In this document: one piece after another, positions 38,052 through 48,300 of the stretch
Layout: each line of letters starts with the position of its first letter
Position numbering within the stretch: position 1 is the first letter of the stretch
Source of the DNA: Candidatus Omnitrophota bacterium
GTDB lineage: Bacteria > Omnitrophota > Gorgyraeia > Aquiviventales > Aquiviventaceae
DNA length: 64,000 nt
Direction of reading: 5' to 3'
Assembly: GCA_023247255.1 (NCBI GenBank)
Contig: JAHFGV010000005.1
Coordinates: forward strand, 6,067-70,066
Notes under the pieces: model-generated
What the model was told of the DNA's origin: nothing
Seen by the model: only the letters and a program-made list of their open reading frames with translations
Database searches by the model: none
Made by a program: the position numbers and the translations under genes

Positions 38052-39709
38052 AACGCGCCTTTATGACGATTATGACGATGGCGTTATTGTTCGGAGCCTT
38101 GGCGAGATTTATGAGCGTATTCGCAGATCAGCCCGTTGCCCTGCCGCGCGAGGCGCTCGAGACCATACGTCGCATGGCCATCCAACACAATGGACGCAAC
38201 AAACCCTTCGACAGCTTTGCGCGAGAAACCCTCCGACTCATCACCGGCTCAGCGCGCGTGGGAAATGAAGATCCTGTCGAAACCATCTTGACCCTCATGG
38301 CCAGTCCCGACCATGGGCAGCAGTTGCTGCTTGTGTCGGTTCCATTTATCCCTCTGCGAAAGGCTCTGGGCATGGATCCCAAGGCGACGCAGGTGTCCTA
38401 CAACGATTTGGTTGCGACACGCAAGCTCATGCGGCTGCTGCCCCCGATTGTCCAAAAGCAGCAGCGCGAAGAGAAACTTTCGATGCTGGAAGAAGAGACG
38501 ATGGATGTCTTCCAGCGATTTGCCACCCTGAGCACTCTGCTCGAGCAAAAGCTCAACCTCGTGCCTCCACCTGTTGGATCTGCAGAGCGTGTGTGGCAGC
38601 TTGTTGAGGAGCCGTCGGGCTATGCGCCAGCGCAGCAAGAGACCATTCGTACCGCATGGTCCGGGCTGATCGGTGCGGTGCAAGCTGGGCGGGGCGATGC
38701 GGTGATTACCTCAGCGCGTCATGCGGCAGATGCGCTGCGAGATCTGAGCCCTTCTCGCTATCCTCCTCGGTGGCGATTAGCGTTCGAGGTGTTCTACAAC
38801 CACGTCGCGCCATTTCGAATCGCCCAAGGGTTCTATCTGCTCTCAGCGATCCTGTTGTTTCTGAGCCTTGGCGCATTGAAGAAATTCCGGCCAGCGCTTT
38901 TGGGATTTGTCGCTTGCTGCTTCGCGTTTCTCGCGCATGGATCAGGTATCCTGATGCGCGTTGTTCTGGGTGAGCGTCCGCCGGTCTCGAATTTTTTTGA
39001 GACCACGCTGTGGCTGCCGTTCGTCGCAGTCGCCATTGCGCTCATCCTGGAACGTGTGTACCGGACTCGTTACATCGCCCTGGCTGCGGCGATCCTTGCG
39101 ACAATCACCCTGGTTCTCGCGGATCATCTGCCGCTGGACTCGAGCATCTCTCCGGTGGTCGCCGTGCTCCACAGCAATCTCTGGTTGACGATTCACGTGT
39201 TGACCATCGTGGCGAGCTACGGCGCGCTGACCCTGGCGATTGTGCTGGCGCACATGTATGGGGGGATGTACCTGAGTCGCCGCACGAGCGGCTCAACGTT
39301 AGATGCGTTGGGGACATTTCTCTATCGCGTCATCCAAGTCGGCGTCGTGTTATTGGCGGCGGGGATCATGCTGGGCGCCGTGTGGGCCAACGCCTCTTGG
39401 GGCCGTTACTGGGGCTGGGATCCGAAAGAGACCTGGGCGTTGATTACCCTCATCTGGTTCCTGGCGCTGCTGCACGGACGCTTCGCCGGATGGATCAGCG
39501 GTGTTGGCGTAGCCCTGTGCACCGTCGGCGGATTTTTTCTGCTGCTGATGACCTACTACGGTGTCAGCTTCTATCTCGTCGGTCTGCACAGCTATGCCGG
39601 TGCTCATGCCAAGCCCTTGCCCCCAGTTCTCATCGCCTACCTCATCGCTGAACTGGCGTTCATCATCGTGGTGAGCGTCTCAGCCATACTCCGCAGGCGG
39701 CCAGCGTAG
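38048..39709 (+). CDS. ccsA: cytochrome c biogenesis protein CcsA/ResC
   Basis: WWD motif WANASWGRYWGWDPKETWAL. 553 aa with a long N-terminal extension. Confidence 0.85.
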   Translation: MKRAFMTIMTMALLFGALARFMSVFADQPVALPREALETIRRMAIQHNGRNKPFDSFARETLRLITGSARVGNEDPVETILTLMASPDHGQQLLLVSVPFIPLRKALGMDPKATQVSYNDLVATRKLMRLLPPIVQKQQREEKLSMLEEETMDVFQRFATLSTLLEQKLNLVPPPVGSAERVWQLVEEPSGYAPAQQETIRTAWSGLIGAVQAGRGDAVITSARHAADALRDLSPSRYPPRWRLAFEVFYNHVAPFRIAQGFYLLSAILLFLSLGALKKFRPALLGFVACCFAFLAHGSGILMRVVLGERPPVSNFFETTLWLPFVAVAIALILERVYRTRYIALAAAILATITLVLADHLPLDSSISPVVAVLHSNLWLTIHVLTIVASYGALTLAIVLAHMYGGMYLSRRTSGSTLDALGTFLYRVIQVGVVLLAAGIMLGAVWANASWGRYWGWDPKETWALITLIWFLALLHGRFAGWISGVGVALCTVGGFFLLLMTYYGVSFYLVGLHSYAGAHAKPLPPVLIAYLIAELAFIIVVSVSAILRRRPA

Positions 39710-40157
39710 CGTTCTCGCCTTCTTCCCTAAGGGATCATGCGCCCAAGGAATTCTCATCTCCTCTTTATCCTTGACCTCCTCTACGGCACATCTTAGTTGT
39801 CCAGCCGACAAAAGGTCTCCATGACGTTCGTCATGGAAGACTCTTATCCGGAGCCGCTATCCTCTTTTTCATGACACATCCGTGAATCACGGCTACAAAT
39901 GGCCGACTTGCTGACGATAAGGTCGTTTCTCACAAAGTTCACACCCTGTGAACATTGTGAGAGGTACGTTACCGTCGACGAAGCGTGAAATTCCCGCCAG
40001 GTTTGCAACGGAGCTGTCCGGGAAGCGAGGCCGCTCCGACGAGACAGCGGTTGCCTTCGAACTCAATGTTCCCGGTTCCGTACGGTTTTGCAACACTTCT
40101 CGCTCCGCCATCGACGAGGAGCAGCGTAACTCAGACGCGATTCAGGACATAACACAG

Positions 40158-40214
40158 GACTCATGAAACAGACGTGAGCACTGCCACTAACCTCGATGCA
40201 TTTTGTAAAACCCC
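40158..40214. repeat. 57-bp element shared with the nuoJ upstream region (2645-2699)
   Basis: gactcatgaaacagacgtgagcactgccactaacc(t/g)cgatgcattttg(t/a)aaaaccc. Two mismatches over 55 bp. Confidence 0.5.
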
Positions 40215-40291
40215 AGTTACGACTGACGCCTTCCAAGTCTTCTTGCACCTGCTGTAGTGAATCCATCTGCTGCAGCGAATCTCGCGAAAGG

Positions 40292-42250
40292 TTGACAGGC
40301 TTGTCTGGCCAGCGTCACACGCCGAGCCTCATCGTAACCGGCAACCCCAACGTCGGGAAAAGCGTCATCTTCCAGCTCCTCACCGGCCGCTACGCCACCG
40401 TGTCGAACTATCCGGGCACCACGGTTGCAGTTACCCGAGGATCGGCTTCGTTAGACGGCCGGGTGGTTCGCGTCTACGACACGCCAGGAATCAATAGCTT
40501 GTTCGCCGCCTCAGAAGATGAGCTGGTCGCACGCGATCTGCTGCTGGGTGAACGAACCACCGTGGTGCAGGTTAGCGATGCCAAGAACCTGCTACGTGCC
40601 CTCACACTGACCTTGGAACTGGCTGAAGCTGGACTTCCATCCGTCCTGGATCTGAACATGATGGACGAAGCCAGGGAACGTCGAATCAGCATTGATACGA
40701 AGAAGCTCTCAGGGTTACTTGGGATCTCGGTTGTGCCGACCATTGCAACGCAGCGGTGGGGTATCGAGCGGTTGCGTCGAGTGATCCTGCAGGCACAGCA
40801 GGCTCGGGTTGGCGTTTGCTACCCCAAAGTGATTGAAGATGCCATTGCCAAGATGGTGGAGGTCCTACCAAAGACGCTGGGCGTACGGAAAGCCCTGGCG
40901 TTGTTCTGGCTTGCTGGGGATCGGAACATCATCGAGCAGCTCAAGAAGCAATTCGACCCATCAATCATCGAGGCGCTGACGGCAATCGCTGCGCAGGCTC
41001 AAGAACAGACCTCTGGCCCATTAGGGTTGCTGATCAGTCAAGCCCGACTCCGCGAGGCCGAGCGACTCGTCAAGCAGGTGATGACGACTGCACCTCTGGA
41101 GCGCCAGCGGTGGTTTTACCGCCTGGGTGATTGGGCGATGCACCCGGTTTGGGGGGTGCCCATCCTCGTTGGCGTCCTGGTCATGATGTACTTCCTCGTC
41201 GGAAATCTCGCAGCTCAGCGTGGCGTAGATTTCCTAGAAGACGTGGTCTTTGGGCGCTACCTCACCCCAGTCTTTCAGTGGGTTGTTCAAGGGGCGATCC
41301 CTTGGGGGTGGCTCAAGGCGCTCTTCATCGGTGAGTACGGCCTGCTGACGATGGCTCTGCCCTACGCTTTTGCGATCATCCTGCCCATCGTGGGGATGTT
41401 CTTTCTCTGCTTCGGATTGCTTGAGGATGTGGGCTACCTTCCTCGACTAGCCGTGATGGCCAATCGCTTTTGTCGGCTCCTGGGTCTCAACGGCAAGGCG
41501 GTGCTCCCACTCGTGCTGGGGTTGGGATGCGACACAATGGCCACGATGACCGCCCGCATCCTCGACTCGGATCGGGATCGGATCATCACAACGCTCTTGT
41601 TGGCACTCGGCATCCCTTGTTCCGCTCAACTGGGCGTCATCCTAGCGATGCTGGCGGGCCGCCCGCCGTTGGCCCTGGGGATTTGGCTTGGCGTGTTACT
41701 CATGGTGATCATTGTGGTTGGTCAAGCCGCGTCAAGAATCCTGCCGGGCGAGGAGAGCCCGTTTCTCTACGAGATCCCACCGCTTCGCACGCCGAAGCTG
41801 TCGAATGTGCTGATCAAGACGCTGGGTCGCATCGAGTGGTATGTGAAAGAAGCCGTCCCGCTGTTCTTCCTGGGAACCCTGGTGTTATTCCTCCTCGATG
41901 TGACAGGAGCCCTGGCGGTCTTCGAGCGAATCGGGACCCCGCTCATTGTCTCGTGGCTCGGGCTGCCAGCCAAAGCGACCAGTGCATTTCTGGTGGGATT
42001 TCTCCGACGGGATTTTGGTGCGGCCGGGCTCTTCGCGCTTCAGCGAAACGGAATGTTATCTGGAGTCCAGACCGTCGTCAGCCTCGTTACCATCACGCTG
42101 TTTGTCCCCTGCATCGCCCAGTACTTCATGATGGTCAAAGAGCGCGGCTGGAAACTCGCAAATCTGATGGCGGGGTTTGTCTTCGGGATGGCGCTGCTTG
42201 TTGGAGGTCTCCTCTTGCGCGTTCTCACCCTGTTGCGAGTTACCCTATGA
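40292..42250 (+). CDS. feoB: ferrous iron transporter FeoB
   Basis: G-domain LIVTGNPNVGKSVIF, DTPG, then a polytopic permease domain. Likely TTG start at 40292. The annotated ATG at 40196 lies inside the repeat. Confidence 0.85.
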   Translation: MTGLSGQRHTPSLIVTGNPNVGKSVIFQLLTGRYATVSNYPGTTVAVTRGSASLDGRVVRVYDTPGINSLFAASEDELVARDLLLGERTTVVQVSDAKNLLRALTLTLELAEAGLPSVLDLNMMDEARERRISIDTKKLSGLLGISVVPTIATQRWGIERLRRVILQAQQARVGVCYPKVIEDAIAKMVEVLPKTLGVRKALALFWLAGDRNIIEQLKKQFDPSIIEALTAIAAQAQEQTSGPLGLLISQARLREAERLVKQVMTTAPLERQRWFYRLGDWAMHPVWGVPILVGVLVMMYFLVGNLAAQRGVDFLEDVVFGRYLTPVFQWVVQGAIPWGWLKALFIGEYGLLTMALPYAFAIILPIVGMFFLCFGLLEDVGYLPRLAVMANRFCRLLGLNGKAVLPLVLGLGCDTMATMTARILDSDRDRIITTLLLALGIPCSAQLGVILAMLAGRPPLALGIWLGVLLMVIIVVGQAASRILPGEESPFLYEIPPLRTPKLSNVLIKTLGRIEWYVKEAVPLFFLGTLVLFLLDVTGALAVFERIGTPLIVSWLGLPAKATSAFLVGFLRRDFGAAGLFALQRNGMLSGVQTVVSLVTITLFVPCIAQYFMMVKERGWKLANLMAGFVFGMALLVGGLLLRVLTLLRVTL

Positions 42251-42359
42251 TTCCACCACCTGTGTGTTGGCCGCAGGCCGGGCGCTGGCGTGGCACGCGG
42301 CCCCCTCGATGGAGCCAGCGACCGGTTTCGCCTTCGGCGAAACCATATAGTGTGGTAGG

Positions 42360-42563
42360 ATGACCTGTCCGCTCTGCGGCTTTGCCTTCGGAGAGAGGGA
42401 GCAAACCTGGGCTTGTCAGCGTTGCCCCTTGGCGTCCGGCTGTCGACTTACCCGCTGCCCACGATGCGGCTATGAGTGGGCAGAGGAATCACGGTTGGTG
42501 AACTGGCTCAAAGAGCGCTGGCGTATCCTCGAACGCCCCAACGGTCATGACGATCCATCGTGA
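42360..42563 (+). CDS. small zinc-ribbon protein
   Basis: 67 aa with two CxxC pairs (CPLCG ... CQRCP ... CPRCG). Confidence 0.35.
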   Translation: MTCPLCGFAFGEREQTWACQRCPLASGCRLTRCPRCGYEWAEESRLVNWLKERWRILERPNGHDDPS

Positions 42564-43254
42564 GCAGATTGAAGAGTTGCTGGAGCTGTGCTGGACAGCG
42601 GCAGAGGACGGCCTGGCGCCGCTTGATCGCCACCAGTTGCCGACGCAGCTTCTGTGTTTTCTTCCGCACCCCATTGAGCCAAACGGCGATGTCCAACAGG
42701 AAACTATCGATGTGATGGTTCAGGAAGGACTCCTGTTGAGTGACGGTCGGCGCATCCGATTAAGTGCGACGGGAACGCCCCAGGCCAAAGAGGTGGTCCG
42801 TCGGCATCGCCTTACCGAGGTGCTCCTCCATACCCTCCTTGACATCTCCGAAGAATCTATGGAGTCGACCGCTTGCCAAGTGGAGCATATCCTCAATGCC
42901 GAGGTGACCGAAGCGGTGTGCACATTCCTGGGTCATCCCCCGATCTGCCCGCATGGCCGTGCCATCCCACAGGGCCATTGCTGTGAAACTTCGCGCGCGA
43001 GGCTAGAGCCACTCATTGTTCCTTTAGCTCGCTTAACGATTGGCGAGACAGCGAGCGTCGCGTTTGTACACACCACGCGACACGCCTATCTTCAGCGTCT
43101 GAGCACGTTGGGGCTTGCACCCGGACGGCCCATTCGATTGCGTCAAACGCAACCTGCGCTTGTTGTGCAAGTGGGAGAAACCGAGCTCGCCTTAGATAAC
43201 GAGGCTGGCCAAGAAATCTTCGTGAGGCGAAACCCACACAACACCCCTGCGTAG
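42547..43254 (+). CDS. DtxR/MntR-family metal-dependent regulator fused to a C-terminal FeoA domain
   Basis: RRHRLTEVLLHTLLDISEESMESTACQVEHILNAEVTEAVCTFLGHPPICPHG is the DtxR metal-binding/dimerisation region. The C-terminal LARLTIGETASV ... is FeoA-like. Confidence 0.6.
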   Translation: MTIHREQIEELLELCWTAAEDGLAPLDRHQLPTQLLCFLPHPIEPNGDVQQETIDVMVQEGLLLSDGRRIRLSATGTPQAKEVVRRHRLTEVLLHTLLDISEESMESTACQVEHILNAEVTEAVCTFLGHPPICPHGRAIPQGHCCETSRARLEPLIVPLARLTIGETASVAFVHTTRHAYLQRLSTLGLAPGRPIRLRQTQPALVVQVGETELALDNEAGQEIFVRRNPHNTPA

Positions 43255-43308
43255 CCTTCCACACGACCCAAGTCCCCTGGACGCCGTGTAATCAGAATCT
43301 ATCCATCC

Positions 43309-43581
43309 ATGACTCCCGTCATGGAAGAGCCTAGAGCAGATGCTGTAGGCTTTGATGTGCAGATGGACACAGTGACGGTCCGTGAGAAAATTAAGCGGCT
43401 GAAGACTACTCGACAGGCGCTGAGCTGGTCCGAGGAGGTCTGTGCCTATCACCTGGGCGTGACGTACTCGACCTTGAACCGTTGGGAGCGCGGCGAGTCC
43501 TTGCCGAAGAGCCGCGCGGTGCTCAAAGCGATTGACCAGTTCATTGCCCGGCACAGCAAGGAACAAGTCGGAAGGAGGTAA
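43309..43581 (+). CDS. XRE-family HTH protein
   Basis: [29 protein letters not shown] is HTH_3-like. Its start lies within a palindromic motif. Confidence 0.4.
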   Translation: MTPVMEEPRADAVGFDVQMDTVTVREKIKRLKTTRQALSWSEEVCAYHLGVTYSTLNRWERGESLPKSRAVLKAIDQFIARHSKEQVGRR

Positions 43582-43586
43582 CAGGC

Positions 43587-43760
43587 ATGTTTGGGAATAT
43601 TGGGTTTCCAGAGCTGTTGGTGATTTTGTCGATCGTGCTCCTCCTCTTTGGGGCCAAGCGGCTGCCGGAGATTGCGCGTGGCTTGGGGAAGTCGCTCTCT
43701 GAATTCAAGAAGGGACTGAAGGAGATCGAGCACGACGTCAACGATGTCAAGAAGGTCTGA
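43587..43760 (+). CDS. tatA: twin-arginine translocase subunit TatA/E
   Basis: 57 aa [49 protein letters not shown] ggaaggagg. Not in the supplied ORF track because it is under 60 aa. Confidence 0.7.
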   Translation: MFGNIGFPELLVILSIVLLLFGAKRLPEIARGLGKSLSEFKKGLKEIEHDVNDVKKV

Positions 43761-43766
43761 GCGAAG

Positions 43767-45365
43767 GTGGCGGCTCCGGTCAACCGGCCGATGACGGAAG
43801 CGTTGAGGATGCGTCTCGGTATGCTGATTGCGGTGGTTGCGCTAGGCTCAGGGTGCGCCAAGGAGCCATCCGCAACACTCTCGAGCGCGAAACCGTCTGT
43901 GACCCCGCAGATCGTTGAAATGGGCCGGCGGCTTTACAACAAGCAGTGCGCGGTCTGTCATGGCCCGAAGGGCGCGGGCGACGGCCAGGCAGCTTACCTC
44001 CTCTATCCTAAGCCGCGCGATTTCACACAAAACGAATTCCGACTTGTCTCGACCAGCACGATGCAGGCCACCGATGAAGATCTGTTTCTCACCATTACCC
44101 GTGGGACGCCCGGCTCCGCGATGCCCTCCTGGGAGACGCTGACGTCGGAGCAGCGCTGGGCGTTGGTGTATTACGTTCGCCACCTCACGGGTGCGAGCGA
44201 ATCCATTGATCCAGCCTCAATCATCCACGTCCCTCCAGAGACGCCGAAGACCCCCGAGAGCATCGCGCGTGGCCGCCAAATTTTTGTCCAGGCGTGCGCG
44301 TCCTGCCATGGGCCACAAGGCCGCGGTGATGGGCAGCAGGTCATGGCGGACAACGCCGGATATCCTATCAAGCCACGCGATCTCACCGCAGGCGTCTTTA
44401 AGGGGTCGTCTGAGAGCAACGATTTGTATTACCGAATTGTCGCTGGATTGCCGGGCAGCCCGATGCCAAGTTACGCTGACGTCTACACCGACGAGCAGTT
44501 GTGGGATCTCATCCACTACGTTCAATCGCTCGTACCGTCGGGAGTCGAGGATCGCGTCCGCATGCATGCACGGAGCATCCGCGCCCATCGGGTCAGAGGC
44601 GACATCCCATTAGAACCGACAGCGAAAATCTGGAGCACGAGACAACCGGTCTCTATCGCCCTCACACCATTGTGGTGGCGCGATCACCGAGTCGAAGGGG
44701 TCGAGGTCAAAGCGTTGCACAACGGCAAAGAGCTCGCGCTTCAATTGTCATGGAACGACCAGACGCGTGACAACTCGACCCTCACCCCGCAGGCGTTTTC
44801 CGATGGTGTCGCGGTAGAATTCTCCTTAGAACAGGACCCGCCGTTCTTTGGGATGGGTGACGCAAACGGAGTCGTGCAGATATGGCACTGGAAAGCCTCC
44901 TGGCAGGAGGACCTCAAGGGCTGGCAGGACGTGGAGACCGCCTACCCCAATGCTGCCGTGGATTGGTATCCCGCACAGCGTGACTATCAGCACGGTGAAC
45001 CCTCCGAGGTGAGCCAGTCGAGGACGGCCTCGCAGGACCCACGGTTCATGGGCGGATGGGGAGCGGGCAATCCCCTCTCCGATCCGAATCGAACGTCAGC
45101 GGCTGAGGAAGCGATGGCCAAGGGATTGGGGACGCTGACCTCACGCGCACCTTCGATGCAACGGATCCAAGCGGATGGTCTCTGGCAAGACGGTCGGTGG
45201 CAGGTCGTGCTGCATCGACCGCTTGCGCCCAACGAGGAGGGGGATCTGAGGCTGAAGCCTGGGCAGCAAGTCAGCGCGGCGTTTGCGATCTGGGATGGCC
45301 ATGCCGGGGATCGCAACGGCCAAAAGAGCGTGTCGATTTGGAACATCTTGGAGCTGGAGCGATAG
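43767..45365 (+). CDS. dihaem cytochrome c fused to an NxrC/EbdC-like (DMSO-reductase type II gamma subunit) domain
   Basis: Two CxxCH motifs (CAVCHGPKGAGDGQ, CASCHGPQGRGDGQ) in tandem cytochrome c domains. The C-terminal roughly 250 aa (WWRDHRVEGVEVKALHNGKELALQLSWND ... VQIWHWKASWQ) resembles the ethylbenzene dehydrogenase / NxrC gamma family. Confidence 0.6.
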   Translation: MAAPVNRPMTEALRMRLGMLIAVVALGSGCAKEPSATLSSAKPSVTPQIVEMGRRLYNKQCAVCHGPKGAGDGQAAYLLYPKPRDFTQNEFRLVSTSTMQATDEDLFLTITRGTPGSAMPSWETLTSEQRWALVYYVRHLTGASESIDPASIIHVPPETPKTPESIARGRQIFVQACASCHGPQGRGDGQQVMADNAGYPIKPRDLTAGVFKGSSESNDLYYRIVAGLPGSPMPSYADVYTDEQLWDLIHYVQSLVPSGVEDRVRMHARSIRAHRVRGDIPLEPTAKIWSTRQPVSIALTPLWWRDHRVEGVEVKALHNGKELALQLSWNDQTRDNSTLTPQAFSDGVAVEFSLEQDPPFFGMGDANGVVQIWHWKASWQEDLKGWQDVETAYPNAAVDWYPAQRDYQHGEPSEVSQSRTASQDPRFMGGWGAGNPLSDPNRTSAAEEAMAKGLGTLTSRAPSMQRIQADGLWQDGRWQVVLHRPLAPNEEGDLRLKPGQQVSAAFAIWDGHAGDRNGQKSVSIWNILELER

Positions 45366-45367
45366 CC

Positions 45368-48300
45368 ATGTATCTGACGCGTCGTCAGTTTTTAAAACTC
45401 TCAGGAGCTACTGGAATCGGGTTGTATCTCGCCTCACGCGAGGTCTCGCTCTGGGCGCTGGAGCCGGTGAGCGAGATAGAGAATCCGCTCGCCTACTATC
45501 CTTCGCGAGACTGGGAGAAGCTCTACCGCGACCAGTACCGGTATGACAGCACCTTCTCCTGGGTCTGCTCGCCCAACGACACGCACGCCTGCCGGGTCCT
45601 GGCGTACGTGAGAAACGGCGTCGTGGTGCGTCTTGGCTCAGAGTACAACTATGAAACCTACGCCGACCTGTACGGAAACAAGGCCACTCCCAACTGGAAC
45701 CCGCGCCAGTGCGCCAAAGGTTTCACCTTTCATCGGCTCATCTACGGTCCTTACCGCTTGAAACATCCCATCATCCGTAACGGTTGGAAGCGCTGGGCCG
45801 ACGACGGATTCCCAACGCTGACCCCTGAGAAAAAGACACAATACAAGTTTGACTCGCGCGGCACAGACACTTTTGAAAAAATCAGTTGGGAGGATATCTA
45901 CGGCTACATTGCCCGCGGCCTCATCGCTATCGCTACGCGCTACAGCGGCGAGCCGGGCATAACACTCCTGCGCGCACAGGGCTATCCCGAGGAAATGATC
46001 CAAGCGATGGGTGGGGCCGGGACACGGACCTTGAAGTTCCGCGGCGGGATGGGCCTGCTTGGGGTGTTTGGCAAGTACGGCATGTACCGACTGGCGAACA
46101 CGATGGCGCTTCTCGATGTCCACCTGCGCGGTGTCAAGCCTGAGGAGGCGAAGGCCGGACGGACGTGGTCCAACTACACGTGGCACGGCGATCAGGCGCC
46201 GGGGCATCCCTGGGTGCATGGATTGCAGAACGCCGACTGCGATTTCAACGACCTTCGTTTTTCCAAGCTGATCATCCAGGACGGCAAGAACCTCTGCGAG
46301 AACAAGATGACCGACTCGCACTGGTTCATTGAATGTATGGAGCGTGGGGCAAAGCTGGTGACGATCGCGCCCGAATACAGCCCGCCGGCGTCGAAGTCGG
46401 ACTATTGGATTCCGATTCGCCCGCAGACCGATGCCGCGCTCTTCTTGGGTATCACGCGCCTCATGATCGACCGAGGCTGGTACGACCGGGAGTTTATCCT
46501 GAACTTCACCGACTTTCCGCTCTTGGTGCGAACCGACACCCTGCGGCGCCTTCGAGCGAATGAGATCCTGCCGGGCTACCAAGGGCAGTTGTCCAAGGAC
46601 GGCCCAAGCTACAAGCTCCAGGGATTGAAGGACGAGCAGTATGCCAAGTTGGGGGACTTCGTCGTCTGGGATGAATCCTCCGGAGCGCCCGCCGCAATCA
46701 CACGCGACGACGTCGGCAAGCGTCTCGTACAGAAAGGCGTCCACCCCGCGCTTGAAGGGACGTTTACACTCAACACGGTGGATGGGAAGCGTATTGAGGT
46801 GATGACGCTCTTTTCGCTCTATCAACTCCACCTCAAGGACTACGACCTTGATACCGTGCATGAGATCACTCGCGCGCCGAGAGAGCAGATCGAACAACTC
46901 GCGAAGGACATCGCCACTATCTCGCCAGTCGCGATCCACCAAGGCGAGGGCATCAACCACTACTTCCACGCCACCGAGGCCAATCGCGCCGCCTATCTGC
47001 CGCTGATGCTGACCGGCAACATCGGCCAACGCGGTGCTGGCTGCTACGGATGGGCCGGCAACTACAAGGCTGCGCTTTTCCAAGGCTCTCCATGGACCGG
47101 TCCGGGATTCAAAGGCTGGGTGGCCGAGGATCCGTTTGAGCCTAACCTTGACCCCAACGCGCACGGGAAAGACATCCACGCGCACGCCTACTTCAAGGAC
47201 GAAGAGCCGGCTTATTGGAACCACGGGGATAAGCCGCTGATCGTCGAGACGCCCAAGGGCGGCCGCAAGGTCTTCACCGGCAACACTCACATGCCCACAC
47301 CCACAAAGGCGATGCTTTTCACCAACGTGAACCTCATCAACAATGCCAAGTGGGTCTATGAGATGCTCAAGAACGTCAACCCGAATGTCGAGATGATCCT
47401 TTCTATCGACATCCAAATGACCGCTTCGATCGAATACGCGGACTTAGCACTGCCGGCGAATAGCTGGCTTGAGTTCGAGGGGCTGGAGGTTACGGCGTCA
47501 TGCTCCAACCCTTTCCTCCAGATCTGGAAGGGCGGGATTCCGCCTGTGTTCGACAGCCGGGATGATCTGGTGATTCTCGCCCAGATCGCCGAAGCGCTCG
47601 GCAAGGAAATCGGCGATACGCGCTGCAGCGACTACTGGAAGTTTGCGCTCGAGGGCAAGCGCGAAGTCTACATCCAGCGGCTGCTGGATTCCTGCACGAC
47701 GACGGTTGGCTATCGTCTGGAGGACATCATGGCGGGCAAGTACGGGCCGCCGGGGGCGGCACTCATGCTCTTTCGCACCTATCCCCGGATCCCCTTCTGG
47801 GAGCAGGTGCACGAGGACTTACCTTTCTACACCGACCACGGGAGGCTTTCGGCCTACACCGATGTGCCCGAGGCGATCGAGTACGGCGAGAATTTCATCG
47901 TCCACCGTGAAGGTGCGGAGGCGACACCCTACCTGCCGAACGTCATCGTCAGCAGCAACCCGTACATCCGCCCCAACGATTACGGTATTCCCTTATCGGC
48001 GGAGCACTGGGATGACCGCACGGTGCGCAACGTGAAGATGCCGTGGGATCAGGTCAAAGGCACAAAGAATTTCCTCTGGGAAAAGGGCTTTCAGTTTTAC
48101 TGTCTAACTCCCAAGAGCCGCCATCGCGTCCACTCGCTTTGGAGCAACGTGGACTGGCACCAAATCTGGGACTCCAACTTCGGCGATCCCTACCGGATGG
48201 ACAAACGCAGCCCTGGTGTTGGCGAACACCAGGTTCACATGAATCCCCAGGCGGCAAAGGATTTAGGGATCAATGACGGCGATTACGCCTATGTCGATGC

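Noticed and set aside
43309-43581. XRE-family HTH ORF start position
   Set aside because: Its ATG lies inside the CATGAC..GTCATGGAAG palindrome, so the N-terminus may be an artefact. The gene is kept at reduced confidence.
45638-47416. 592-aa minus-strand ORF
   Set aside because: Entirely antisense to nxrA, with a low-complexity Arg/Gly/Val-rich translation. Typical GC-driven shadow ORF.
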